The position numbers were made by a program, and so were the translations under genes. From NCBI GenBank assembly GCA_020637815.1, contig JACKJS010000001.1, positions 1,217,416 to 1,281,415 of the forward strand: DNA of 64,000 nucleotides, read 5' to 3'. A model generated the notes under the pieces. That model ran no database searches, was not told the origin of the DNA, and was given only the letters and a program-made list of their open reading frames with translations. How positions within the stretch are numbered: the stretch's first letter is position 1; each line of letters starts with the position of its first letter. This document shows, one piece after another, positions 20,029 to 28,755 of the stretch. This DNA is from Hyphomicrobiaceae bacterium (lineage in GTDB: Bacteria; Pseudomonadota; Alphaproteobacteria; Rhizobiales; Methyloligellaceae).

Positions 20029-20430
20029 CTAGGCTCCTTTCCGCGCGAGGTCTTGACCGAAACCGATGTCCTGGTCGTCAAGATCCTGGATTCCGAATTC
20101 GAGAACGCCGTAGGGCTTTTCGCCGAGGTGGTAGTCGATCAGTGCACCGCGTTCCGTCAGTTCGTCATACATGGCGCGCGCATCGTCGACCCAGAAATAG
20201 GCGTTCCACATCTTGTCCTTGATGTGCCAATGGGGAACGGCCTCGCGCGCTTCGGGCACCTGGGTCAGCATGACATGGGCCCCATCGCGCGCGGCGATGG
20301 CGAAATCCGCCGGCTCGCCCCACACGCCGAGCGTGCGGAAACCGACCTTGTCGGCCCAATAGGAAATCGTCTTCGGCAAATCGCGCGCGAACAGCACGGG
20401 GGCTTGATGCAAGATCGTCGCTTGACTCAT
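20029..20430 (-). CDS. VOC/bleomycin-resistance family protein between glyQ and glyS
   Basis: [31 protein letters not shown]; ATGA overlap with the glyQ stop. Confidence 0.82.
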   Translation of the reverse strand: MSQATILHQAPVLFARDLPKTISYWADKVGFRTLGVWGEPADFAIAARDGAHVMLTQVPEAREAVPHWHIKDKMWNAYFWVDDARAMYDELTERGALIDYHLGEKPYGVLEFGIQDLDDQDIGFGQDLARKGA

Positions 20431-21356
20431 GACGCACCGCCCGCCTCGGTCTTGAGCCACGCGGCGCAGCATGCCTTGGCAAGATCGCGCACGCGCAGGA
20501 TATAGGCCTGCCGCTCCGTCACGGAAATCACGCCGCGCGCATCCAAGAGATTGAAGATGTGCGAGGCTTTGATGGCCTGATCGTAGGCGGGCAGCACCAT
20601 CAAATGGCGGCCGCCGTTCTCGCCTGCTTCCAACAGCGCCTTGCACTCTGCCTCCGCATCGCGGAAATGCTCGAACAGCTTCGCTGTGTTCGCATGCTCG
20701 AAATTATGCCGGGAATATTCCTGCTCGGCCTGGTGGAAGACATCGCCGTAGGTGACTTTGGCGTCACCTTCCCCGCCGTTGAAGTTGAGGTCGTAGACGT
20801 TGTCGACGCCCTGCACATACATGGCCAGGCGCTCGAGGCCGTAGGTCAGTTCGCCGGAGACCGGGTCGCAATCGAACCCGCCCACCTGCTGGAAGTAGGT
20901 GAACTGCGAGACTTCCATGCCGTCGCACCACACTTCCCAGCCAAGCCCCCAGGCGCCGAGCGTGGGGCTCTCCCAGTCGTCCTCGACAAAGCGGATGTCG
21001 TGGTTCTTCGGGTCGATGCCGATGGCGTAGAGGCTGTCGAGATAAAGGTCCTGAATGTCCGCCGGCGATGGCTTCAGGATGACCTGGAACTGGTAATAGT
21101 GCTGGAGCCGGTTGGGGTTCTCGCCATAGCGGCCGTCCTTGGGCCGCCGCGAGGGCTGGACATAGGCCGCGCGCCAATGCTTGGGGCCAAGCGAGCGCAG
21201 CGTCGTCGCGGGATGGAACGTGCCGGCGCCGATCTCCATGTCGTATGGCTGGAGAATGACGCAGCCCTGATCGGCCCAAAAGCGCTGCAGCTTCAGGATG
21301 AGATCCTGGAACGAAGGCGCGGCGGACCTTTTTGTGGATTTCGAAGGCTTGGACAT
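20427..21356 (-). CDS. glyQ: Glycine-tRNA ligase alpha subunit
   Basis: [30 protein letters not shown] and ELTYGLERL motifs. Confidence 0.98.
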   Translation of the reverse strand: MSKPSKSTKRSAAPSFQDLILKLQRFWADQGCVILQPYDMEIGAGTFHPATTLRSLGPKHWRAAYVQPSRRPKDGRYGENPNRLQHYYQFQVILKPSPADIQDLYLDSLYAIGIDPKNHDIRFVEDDWESPTLGAWGLGWEVWCDGMEVSQFTYFQQVGGFDCDPVSGELTYGLERLAMYVQGVDNVYDLNFNGGEGDAKVTYGDVFHQAEQEYSRHNFEHANTAKLFEHFRDAEAECKALLEAGENGGRHLMVLPAYDQAIKASHIFNLLDARGVISVTERQAYILRVRDLAKACCAAWLKTEAGGAS

Positions 21357-21464
21357 GTCCGATTCGTCAGGGGCGGGATTTCCGCCGCACGCTATTTCGT
21401 TGCGGCCGACAATGGAAGCCATAGAAGGACGGCCATTGCCAACGGGATAGGGCCGGTTCCGGAC

Positions 21465-21662
21465 CTAGCGGGTCTCCTTGGGGCGATAGATGCCGGTTTC
21501 GGGGTCCTGCTCCAGCGGCACGGCGCTCTCGATATCCCGCCGTTCCATGGCTTCCTCGGCCTTGCGCAGCTCCGCGCGGACCCGCTCTTGCTCCCGCTTC
21601 AGGTGCCGCCTGACCAGAAGCAGGCCCGCGCCGATCGCCGCCAAGAGAAGAAGCTGAGGCAT
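21465..21662 (-). CDS. Small membrane-anchored hypothetical protein (65 aa)
   Basis: N-terminal TM segment, coiled coil, C-terminal LEQDPETGIYRP; lies in the S49-glyQ run. Confidence 0.75.
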   Translation of the reverse strand: MPQLLLLAAIGAGLLLVRRHLKREQERVRAELRKAEEAMERRDIESAVPLEQDPETGIYRPKETR

Positions 21663-21666
21663 CGCT

Positions 21667-22554
21667 CTACAATCCGAAACGCGACCACAGCGCGCGGGCC
21701 TCGATCGCGGAAATGACATCCGCGGCGAAGCCGTGCGGCCATTGGCCGAAGTCTAATCCACTTACGCCCGCCGAAACGGACTTCTTTCCCCGGCGGAGCC
21801 ACGATGTCGCGGGCGCAACGAGTTTGAACCGGACATCCTCGCCGAAGACCTCGCGCATCCTGGTGCGCAAATCTGACAGCCCGTCGATCAGGCCGAGTTC
21901 GAGTGCCGTCTTGCCGGACCAGAACGCGCCGGTAAACAACTCGTCGTCCGCCTTGGTCAGCTTGCCGCCGCGCCGCGACTTCACCATTCCTATGAAGGCC
22001 TCGTGGACGTCGAGCTGGATGTCCTTGATGCGTTTCACATCCTCGGGCTTTTCCGGCAGGAAGGGATCGAGCGTGTCCTTGCTCGTACCGGCCGTGTAGA
22101 CGCGGCGCTCGACGCCGATCTTCTCCAGCAGGCCTGGAAACCCGAACCCTGCGGCGATCACGCCAATCGACCCGACGATTGAGCTCGGGTCCGCGTAAAT
22201 CTCGTCGCCGGCGAGCGAGAGCATGTAGCCTCCCGACGCCGCCACATCCTCGCAAAACGCGTAGACCTTGAGGTTCTTCTCCGCGGCAAGCGCCCGAATG
22301 CGCTTGTGGATCAGCGTGGACTGTACGGCCGCGCCGCCCGGCGAATTGATCTGAATGGCGACCGCTTTGGCTCCACGCATGGCGAAGGCCTTGTCGATCG
22401 AGGCCGCGACCGTCGGCAGCGAAAGTTCCTGCTTGAACGGAGAATTCACGCCGATCGGGCCGCTGAAACGCAGCACCGGCACGAGGGGACGCGGCTTTGT
22501 CCACTTCTCCGGAAGCACGGACTTCATCGCAGTCATAAAACCATTTTCGCTCAT
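21667..22554 (-). CDS. S49 family peptidase (SppA/SohB-like)
   Basis: INSPGG, DVAASGGY and SIVGSIGVI motifs. Confidence 0.92.
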   Translation of the reverse strand: MSENGFMTAMKSVLPEKWTKPRPLVPVLRFSGPIGVNSPFKQELSLPTVAASIDKAFAMRGAKAVAIQINSPGGAAVQSTLIHKRIRALAAEKNLKVYAFCEDVAASGGYMLSLAGDEIYADPSSIVGSIGVIAAGFGFPGLLEKIGVERRVYTAGTSKDTLDPFLPEKPEDVKRIKDIQLDVHEAFIGMVKSRRGGKLTKADDELFTGAFWSGKTALELGLIDGLSDLRTRMREVFGEDVRFKLVAPATSWLRRGKKSVSAGVSGLDFGQWPHGFAADVISAIEARALWSRFGL

Positions 22555-22801
22555 AAATGCACCGTATCGTGAGACCCGACCAGATCAAGAGTTGTCCACT
22601 AGATCGGGACCAATAAAGGCTAGACGGGGGCAAGGAAAAGCGCCGCCTCCGCACTCCATTAACGCCGTCCATTAACGTCCATGCGCGATCGGACATGAGA
22701 CCGCCCTGCGAACATGCTACAGGTCGATTCCCGCCGGACGTTCCGGTCCGGTGAAAAGCACCGGTGGCGGTTCCGGCGTGCCGTCCCGAGGAGGACATCC
22801 C

Positions 22802-23098
22802 ATGAGAAAGTTTGCGATCCTTGCAAGTTTGGCCGCGGCGGTCGCGCTCGTTTGCGTCACGCTGGCGCCACCTTCCGCTGACGCGGGCTGGCGCCGCAAG
22901 GCCTGGCAGAACGGCTACTACAGCCAGGGCTATTATGGCCGGCGCATCGTAGGCCCCGATCGCTACGACTATGTCCGGCCGCGCGCCGGGTATTACGCGC
23001 CGCGCAGCTGCTATCGGGTACGATATGGCTGTGGCGCCTATCCATACGCCTACTACCCCTATTGGCGCGACCGGACCTACCGGGGCTGGTACTACTAG
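22802..23098 (+). CDS. Small secreted Tyr/Arg/Gly-rich protein (98 aa)
   Basis: Strong GAGGAGG RBS, Sec signal ending in ADA, own terminator. Confidence 0.8.
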   Translation: MRKFAILASLAAAVALVCVTLAPPSADAGWRRKAWQNGYYSQGYYGRRIVGPDRYDYVRPRAGYYAPRSCYRVRYGCGAYPYAYYPYWRDRTYRGWYY

Positions 23099-23126
23099 CG
23101 CCACATACGTCTCTGCGACTTTTTTT

Positions 23127-23161
23127 AAAGGGCCGGTCTCCACACAAGGGACCGGCCCTTT
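23127..23161. terminator. Rho-independent terminator, probably bidirectional
   Basis: AAAGGGCCGGTCTC-loop-GGGACCGGCCCTTT. Confidence 0.75.
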
Positions 23162-23170
23162 GCGTTGCCG

Positions 23171-23209
23171 CTGAACTTCCCATGAATGGGGCCCTCAGAC
23201 ATAGTTCAG
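23171..23209. promoter_or_regulatory. Inverted pair of 11-bp-period direct repeats (CTGAAC-N5-ATGAAT ... CTCAG-N5-GTTCAG); putative OmpR/PhoB-type response regulator site
   Basis: Seen directly upstream of the second secreted peptide gene. Confidence 0.45.
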
Positions 23210-23285
23210 CCCCTCGCCTCTAAACCTCTCCTCAAGACCGAGGACTTGAGACGGCGCGACAGGCGCCAAAAGAGAGGTATGAGAG

Positions 23286-23615
23286 ATGCTGAAGACGACA
23301 ATTCTCGCGGCTGCCGTAGTGATGGCCTTCGGGGTCACGTCCGCCCATGCGAGTCACGATGGCGATCACGGCCGTGGCGGCACCGAGTACAAGTACGGCG
23401 GCGCGGCGCACGAGGCCCATTATCGCGGTTACCGCCACGATGGCCATGACCGCTACGGCTGGCGGCATTGGGACCGCTACGGGCCGAGCTGGTTCGACTA
23501 CCGCGGCCGCCCGCATTGCCGCACCGTGCCCCGGAAAGTCTCCATCAAGGTCTGGGACCGCAGGGGCAACCCCTACCACAAATGGGTTTGGAAAGACGTG
23601 AGAGTCTGCGCCTAG
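23286..23615 (+). CDS. Small secreted His/Arg/Tyr/Gly/Trp-rich protein with C-terminal C-x29-C (109 aa)
   Basis: GAGG RBS, Sec signal ending in AHA, own terminator. Confidence 0.8.
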   Translation: MLKTTILAAAVVMAFGVTSAHASHDGDHGRGGTEYKYGGAAHEAHYRGYRHDGHDRYGWRHWDRYGPSWFDYRGRPHCRTVPRKVSIKVWDRRGNPYHKWVWKDVRVCA

Positions 23616-23660
23616 CAGACCTTCCGCGCCCCGGACACCTCCCTAGTTCCGGGCACCTTC

Positions 23661-23701
23661 GGGGCTGCCGCCGATCCCCCATGGCGGCGCCCCTCTTCTT
23701 T
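23661..23701 (+). terminator. Rho-independent terminator
   Basis: GGGGCTGCCGCC..GGCGGCGCCCC followed by TCTTCTTT. Confidence 0.65.
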
Positions 23702-23713
23702 GCCGAGACGCCG

Positions 23714-24520
23714 CTAGTCTCGAGGCGCATCGAGGGAAAGCGCCGCCCCGCCGCGCAAGATGGCTTCGGCTTCCTTCGTGTACGCGCCGCCGGCTTCATG
23801 CAGCACAAGCCCCGGCAAGACGCGTAATCCCGCGCGGCTGTTCTTCCGCCCCCGGACGATGATGCGGCCCGCGGCAGTTCCAGGCTTCGGAAACAGCGGG
23901 AAGATGGCAAGATCGCCGAAGCGATCCTTCAACGCCTCCAGGACGTTGCCCAGCTCGCCGGCGCGGTGAATGAGGGTCAGCGTTCCTTTTGGTGCGGTCA
24001 TGGTCGCGAGAAACCGGACCCAGCGCTCCAATTCGCCTTGCGGCATCACATGCGCCGCCGCGCGCGATGCGTCCGGCGCCACTCGGACCGAGCCTTCGGC
24101 GTAGAACGGCGGATTGGCCATGACGTGGCCGTATCCCTCGCGGATCAATCCAGCCTCGCTCAAGACCTTGGACGGGGCGGTGAGGTCGGCCGCGATCGCC
24201 CGGAACCGGGCCTCGAAGCCGTTTCGGACCGCGTTCGTCTTGGCCAGTGCGCATTGGGTTCCGTCGATCTCGACGGCTGTGACATGGGTCTCGGGAACGC
24301 GGGCGAGGACGCATAGTCCCGCTGTCCCGGCGCCCGCGCCCGCATCGAGCACGCTCTCGCCGCTTCTTGCCGGAACTGCCGCCGCGAGAAAGACCGCATC
24401 GCTCCCGGCCCGATGTCCCGCCTTGTTCTGGACGACTTCGATCCGCCCCCCGAGGAACGCATCGGCGGTCGTCTCCTGCCGGTCCGCGCCGTCAGATTTT
24501 TTTTTCGCGTTCGAGATCAT
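23714..24520 (-). CDS. SAM-dependent methyltransferase, tRNA1(Val) m6A37 (TrmN6/YfiC) family
   Basis: GHRAGSDAVFLAA, LDAGAGAG and MANPPF motifs. Confidence 0.85.
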   Translation of the reverse strand: MISNAKKKSDGADRQETTADAFLGGRIEVVQNKAGHRAGSDAVFLAAAVPARSGESVLDAGAGAGTAGLCVLARVPETHVTAVEIDGTQCALAKTNAVRNGFEARFRAIAADLTAPSKVLSEAGLIREGYGHVMANPPFYAEGSVRVAPDASRAAAHVMPQGELERWVRFLATMTAPKGTLTLIHRAGELGNVLEALKDRFGDLAIFPLFPKPGTAAGRIIVRGRKNSRAGLRVLPGLVLHEAGGAYTKEAEAILRGGAALSLDAPRD

Positions 24521-24725
24521 CGCCGACGCCCGCCTCGGTCAGCAGCACGCGCGCCTTATCGACGGAGCCTTCCCGCACAAGAATGCGCTGGGGCAGAATT
24601 CCTATCGATCCTTCCATCACGCTCATATTCGTGTCGAGGACGATGAATTCAATCCCCGACTCTTTGAGGAGCGCACTCACAAAGGACAGGAGCACGGGAT
24701 CGTTCGACCGTATCAATTCCTTCAT
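24492..24725 (-). CDS. DUF2007 family protein
   Basis: MKELIRSNDPVLLSF..MSVMEGSIGILPQRILV; typical position next to ispB. Confidence 0.82.
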   Translation of the reverse strand: MKELIRSNDPVLLSFVSALLKESGIEFIVLDTNMSVMEGSIGILPQRILVREGSVDKARVLLTEAGVGDDLEREKKI

Positions 24726-24846
24726 TGCCAAAACTGCTCCCGGCAAACCCTGGACGGGTTGATCTTCGTCTGAGACCGCCGACAATACGCGTGCTATAAG
24801 CCCCCGCACTTGGGGAAACGAAAACCTCATCGGAGGAGACTAGCCC

Positions 24847-25863
24847 GTGGGCATCGTCGTCAAGCTCTCCGGCGCGCGCGACCCAAGCGCGAGCCTTGCC
24901 CCACTCTTCGCGCTTGTCGAGGAGGACATGGGCTATGTCAACCAGATCATCCTGGACAAGGCCCGATCCAACGTCGACCTGATCCCGGAATTGGCCCGGC
25001 ATCTGATCGATTCGGGCGGAAAGCGCTTGCGCCCCATGCTGACGATCGCAGCGGCGAAGCTTTGCGGCTACGAGGGCGAAGGACATCGGCGGCTCGCCGC
25101 GTCCGTGGAGTTCATGCACACCGCGACTCTGCTCCATGACGACGTGGTCGACGAAAGTAGCCTGCGGCGCGGTAAGACCACTGCCAGACTCCTTTGGGGC
25201 AACGAAGCGAGCGTACTTGTCGGCGACTATCTGCTGGGGCAAGCCTTCAAGATGATGGTCGATGTCGGCTCGCTCGGCGCGCTGCGCATCCTATCCGACG
25301 CGGCGGCGATCATCGCCGAAGGCGAGGTGATGCAGCTCATTACTGCCAATAACACCGACACCACCGAGGACGACTATCTCTCGGTCATCGAAGCGAAGAC
25401 GGCGGCCCTGTTCGCCGCAGCCGCGGAAGTGGGCGCGGTGGTCGCAGAACGGCCCAAGTCAGAGGCGGCGGCGCTACGCTCCTTCGGCCGGAATCTCGGC
25501 GTCGCATTCCAGCTCGTGGACGATGCGCTCGATTATTCGGGCGAGCAATCGAAGCTCGGCAAGAGCGTCGGCGACGATTTCCGCGACGGCAAGATCACGC
25601 TTCCCGTCGTGTTGAGCTACCGGCGTGGAGACGCGGAGGAACGCGCCTTTTGGGAGCGGACGCTCAAAGAGGGCGAGATCGGCGACGACGATCTCGAAAA
25701 GGCGGTGGAGTTGATTTCCCGGCACAACGCCTTGGCCGACACGATGGAGCGGGCGCGCCATTACGGTGCCATCGCCCGTGACGCCCTGGCGATCTTCCCG
25801 GACAACGACATCAAGTCTGCGCTGCTCGGCGCCATCGAGTTCTCGGTGAACCGGCCCTACTAG
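24847..25863 (+). CDS. ispB: Octaprenyl/decaprenyl-diphosphate synthase
   Basis: GGKRLRP, LLHDDVVD, FQLVDDALD and GKITLP motifs. Confidence 0.93.
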   Translation: MGIVVKLSGARDPSASLAPLFALVEEDMGYVNQIILDKARSNVDLIPELARHLIDSGGKRLRPMLTIAAAKLCGYEGEGHRRLAASVEFMHTATLLHDDVVDESSLRRGKTTARLLWGNEASVLVGDYLLGQAFKMMVDVGSLGALRILSDAAAIIAEGEVMQLITANNTDTTEDDYLSVIEAKTAALFAAAAEVGAVVAERPKSEAAALRSFGRNLGVAFQLVDDALDYSGEQSKLGKSVGDDFRDGKITLPVVLSYRRGDAEERAFWERTLKEGEIGDDDLEKAVELISRHNALADTMERARHYGAIARDALAIFPDNDIKSALLGAIEFSVNRPY

Positions 25864-25866
25864 ACC

Positions 25867-26793
25867 TCAGCCCGCCGAAGGATCGCCGAGCGTTCCGGCG
25901 ATGACCCACCAGTTGGGTTCCTGCTCGGCCAGGAGGATCGCGGCACGCAGCGCCTCGCGGGGCTTCTCGAATACCGCAAAGCAGGTCGCGCCACTACCCG
26001 ACAGCCGGACAAGCCTCTCTCCGTCCAACCCCCTCAGCCGCTCGAGCACGGCATCAATCTCTGGCGCGAGATCGATCGCGACACGCTCAAGGTCGTTGTT
26101 CCGCATGGACGCATAGGCGATCAGCGCTTCAAAGCTGCCGCCGAAATCCGGCTGCGGCGCGGCCTCCCGGACACCCTCGAAGGGAGAGGCGTTCAGGGCG
26201 CCATAGACCGCCGATGTCGCAAGCTCCACATGCGGATTGGCCAACACCACACCGCATTGAGGAAAGCCCGCCACCGGCGCGACGACTTCGCCCCGTCCCA
26301 TCATCAGAGCCGGGGCGCTGTGCAAACAGACGGCAATGTCGGAGCCCAGGTCCGGCGCGATCGCCTCCGCATCCCGCATGGAGAAAGCGCCGCCGCTCGC
26401 CCGCACGAGCAATCTCAGCGCGGCCGCGGCATCGGCCGACCCGCCGCCGAGCCCCGCCGCAACGGGGAGCGTCTTCACCAGCCGGAAGCGTCCTTCAGCG
26501 AGTGCGGGAACGCGCGCGCGCGCAGCCTCGGCCGCATCCAAGATCAGATTTCCCTCGCCAAGCGCGGTTGCAAAGGGACCGGCGGCATCGAGCGCAAACG
26601 CGCGTCGCGGCGATGCGTCTGCGCCCGGCGGCACAATCTTCAATTTCGGTTCTGTCTTCGGAGCGAACGCGACCGTGTCTCCGACGCCGGCAAAAGCAAC
26701 CAGACTCCGCAATTCGTGGAAGCCGTCGGCGCGGCGGCCGAGAATCTCAAGTGTGAGGTTGAGCTTCGCCCAAGCAATGTCCCGTAATTCCAT
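25867..26793 (-). CDS. ispE: 4-diphosphocytidyl-2-C-methyl-D-erythritol kinase
   Basis: AKLNLTL, PVAAGLGGGSADAAA and LSGSGATCF motifs. Confidence 0.95.
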   Translation of the reverse strand: MELRDIAWAKLNLTLEILGRRADGFHELRSLVAFAGVGDTVAFAPKTEPKLKIVPPGADASPRRAFALDAAGPFATALGEGNLILDAAEAARARVPALAEGRFRLVKTLPVAAGLGGGSADAAAALRLLVRASGGAFSMRDAEAIAPDLGSDIAVCLHSAPALMMGRGEVVAPVAGFPQCGVVLANPHVELATSAVYGALNASPFEGVREAAPQPDFGGSFEALIAYASMRNNDLERVAIDLAPEIDAVLERLRGLDGERLVRLSGSGATCFAVFEKPREALRAAILLAEQEPNWWVIAGTLGDPSAG

Positions 26794-26823
26794 ATCGCGA
26801 CGTGACGTATCGCGAACCGGATT

Positions 26824-28563
26824 CTATTGCGAGGATTTCTGCTTGGCGTCGACCGTACCGGATGCGGACTTAGTCACAGAGGTCTCTTCCAGGCCCGAGG
26901 CAATCTTCGCATTCAGCTGCTTGCGCAAATCGTCCTCAGGCTCCAGGGACAAAGACTGCTGCCACTGATACTTGGCTTCCAGCTTGCGGCCCACGCGCCA
27001 ATAGGCATCGCCCAGATGATCGTTGATGATGGGATCGTCCGGCCGCAACTCCACCGCCCGCTCGAGATATTCGACCGCGTCAGGCAGGTTCCCCAGCCGG
27101 TAATAGGCCCAGCCGAGACTGTCGACATAATAGCCGTCATCGGGCTTCAGGCTCACAGCCTTGCGGATGTAGTCCATGGCCTGCTTCAGGTTCATACCCT
27201 GATCGACCCAGGAATAGCCCAGGTAATTGAGGACCAGAGACTCGTCCGGGTTGAGCTCGAGCGCCTTGTTGAAATCCGCCTCGGCGCCCGGCCAGTTCTT
27301 CAAACGCTCGTTGCAGACGCCGCGCGAGTAGAACAACGCCCAGTCTCGTTTTGCGGGTTTGTCCACGAGGGCGACCGCCTGGTCGTAATATTTGAGCGCC
27401 TCGTCATAGCGCTCGTTGGCGCGCATGATGTTTCCCAGCGCATCAAGCGGCCGGATATCGCCCGGGTTGTTGTCGATGATGTCGTGAAGCAGGTTCTTGG
27501 CTTCGTCGACTCGCTTGAGGGAATTCAGGGCAAAGGCCTTCTGAATCTGAACGTTCACCCAAAGTGGAGAAGACCGCGGAATGGCGTCGAAGGCGGCGAT
27601 CTCCGCATCGTATTTGTTCGCCGTCGAATAAGCCTCGGCCAGCGCGATTTGCGCCAGCGGGAAGTCGGGTTTCAGGAGAAGAGCGAACTTGAGGTAGACG
27701 ACACCCATATCGAGACCGCCTTCGCCGGCGACGGCATCGCCGATCCCGTAAAAGACCTCAGCGAGCCCGTCGGTCGGGTTCTGGGCAATCAGTTCCGGCT
27801 TACCGCCCTTCTCAATCTCTTCGAGCAGGCCCTCGGTCAGCGGGTGCGGCGCCGTCTTGGCCATGTGCATCTTCAACGTCGCGATCGCCAAATTTTTCTG
27901 ATTGCGGTTCACGGCGTGGCGCGCATAGGCGTCGGCGATCCGGAGTGTCGTGGGGCTGCGCTTGAAGGCCTCGTCGTAGGACTTGTCGGCGAGCCGATGC
28001 CGGCCGGCCACGTCGGCGATCAAAGCACGGTGATAGCGCTGGTAGTACTGGGCCCAATCGGCATTGCTCAGCGTATCCAGCATCTCGAACGCCTCGGAAT
28101 GCTTGCCGTCGGCTTCCAGAACCCAAGCGCGCGCCAGCGTCGAGGTGAGATCGGCGATCGGTCCCTGCCGCGCCGCGGCGAAATGCGTATCGGCCTTCTT
28201 GTAGTCGCCCCGCTTGAAGGCATCGATTCCGAGCAGGAACTGGGCGAAGCGATGCGAGGGTTCGATCTTGACCAGATCGTTTGCGAGCTTCGTCGCCCGA
28301 TTCCAATGGCCCGCGGCGGCCTCCAGCAAAAAGGCCTGCTCAAGAATGGCCTCGTTCTCGGGATCGGCCTCCAGGGCCTTGGTGTAGAACTCGGCGGCCG
28401 CGTCCGTGTCATGGTTCTGGCGGGCAACGCGCCCCGAAAGGTAGTTGCCGAGGAGCGTTCCGGCGGCCGAATCTTCAGGTGCTGGAGCGAGGACTTCGGA
28501 ATAGGCGGCCGGCGCCGCAAGAATTGCGATCAGCAGGACAGACCGCAGCGCCCATTTACTCAT
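26824..28563 (-). CDS. Exported tetratricopeptide repeat protein
   Basis: Signal peptide, multiple TPRs, LNYLGYSW..YVDSLGW..INDHLGDAYW. Confidence 0.9.
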   Translation of the reverse strand: MSKWALRSVLLIAILAAPAAYSEVLAPAPEDSAAGTLLGNYLSGRVARQNHDTDAAAEFYTKALEADPENEAILEQAFLLEAAAGHWNRATKLANDLVKIEPSHRFAQFLLGIDAFKRGDYKKADTHFAAARQGPIADLTSTLARAWVLEADGKHSEAFEMLDTLSNADWAQYYQRYHRALIADVAGRHRLADKSYDEAFKRSPTTLRIADAYARHAVNRNQKNLAIATLKMHMAKTAPHPLTEGLLEEIEKGGKPELIAQNPTDGLAEVFYGIGDAVAGEGGLDMGVVYLKFALLLKPDFPLAQIALAEAYSTANKYDAEIAAFDAIPRSSPLWVNVQIQKAFALNSLKRVDEAKNLLHDIIDNNPGDIRPLDALGNIMRANERYDEALKYYDQAVALVDKPAKRDWALFYSRGVCNERLKNWPGAEADFNKALELNPDESLVLNYLGYSWVDQGMNLKQAMDYIRKAVSLKPDDGYYVDSLGWAYYRLGNLPDAVEYLERAVELRPDDPIINDHLGDAYWRVGRKLEAKYQWQQSLSLEPEDDLRKQLNAKIASGLEETSVTKSASGTVDAKQKSSQ

Positions 28564-28755
28564 CTGTCCGCCTTCGCGCCCACTCTCGGGATTCGTCATC
28601 GTGTCGGCCCGGCTCGCGCCGCCTCAAGGTTATTGACCCAGCAAAGGACAGGCTAAGTGCTTTGGCCTGCCCTGAAAACAATAATCCGGCGCAAAGACGG
28701 CGCGTTTGTGGCCCAATCCTTTGGGCTACATGAGCATTTCGTAATATTGCCGGGC

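Noticed and set aside
21599-23143. 514-aa minus-strand ORF across the S49 peptidase and secreted peptide genes
   Set aside because: Off-frame or antisense to better-supported genes that have an RBS, motifs and a signal peptide
22802-23615. Small secreted peptides as RiPP precursors
   Set aside because: They have Sec-type signals rather than RiPP leaders, and no adjacent maturases or dedicated exporter; the neighbouring methyltransferase is a housekeeping tRNA-type enzyme
26827-28656. 609-aa plus-strand ORF antisense to the TPR gene
   Set aside because: Shadow ORF in register with a GC3-rich gene; no recognisable motifs
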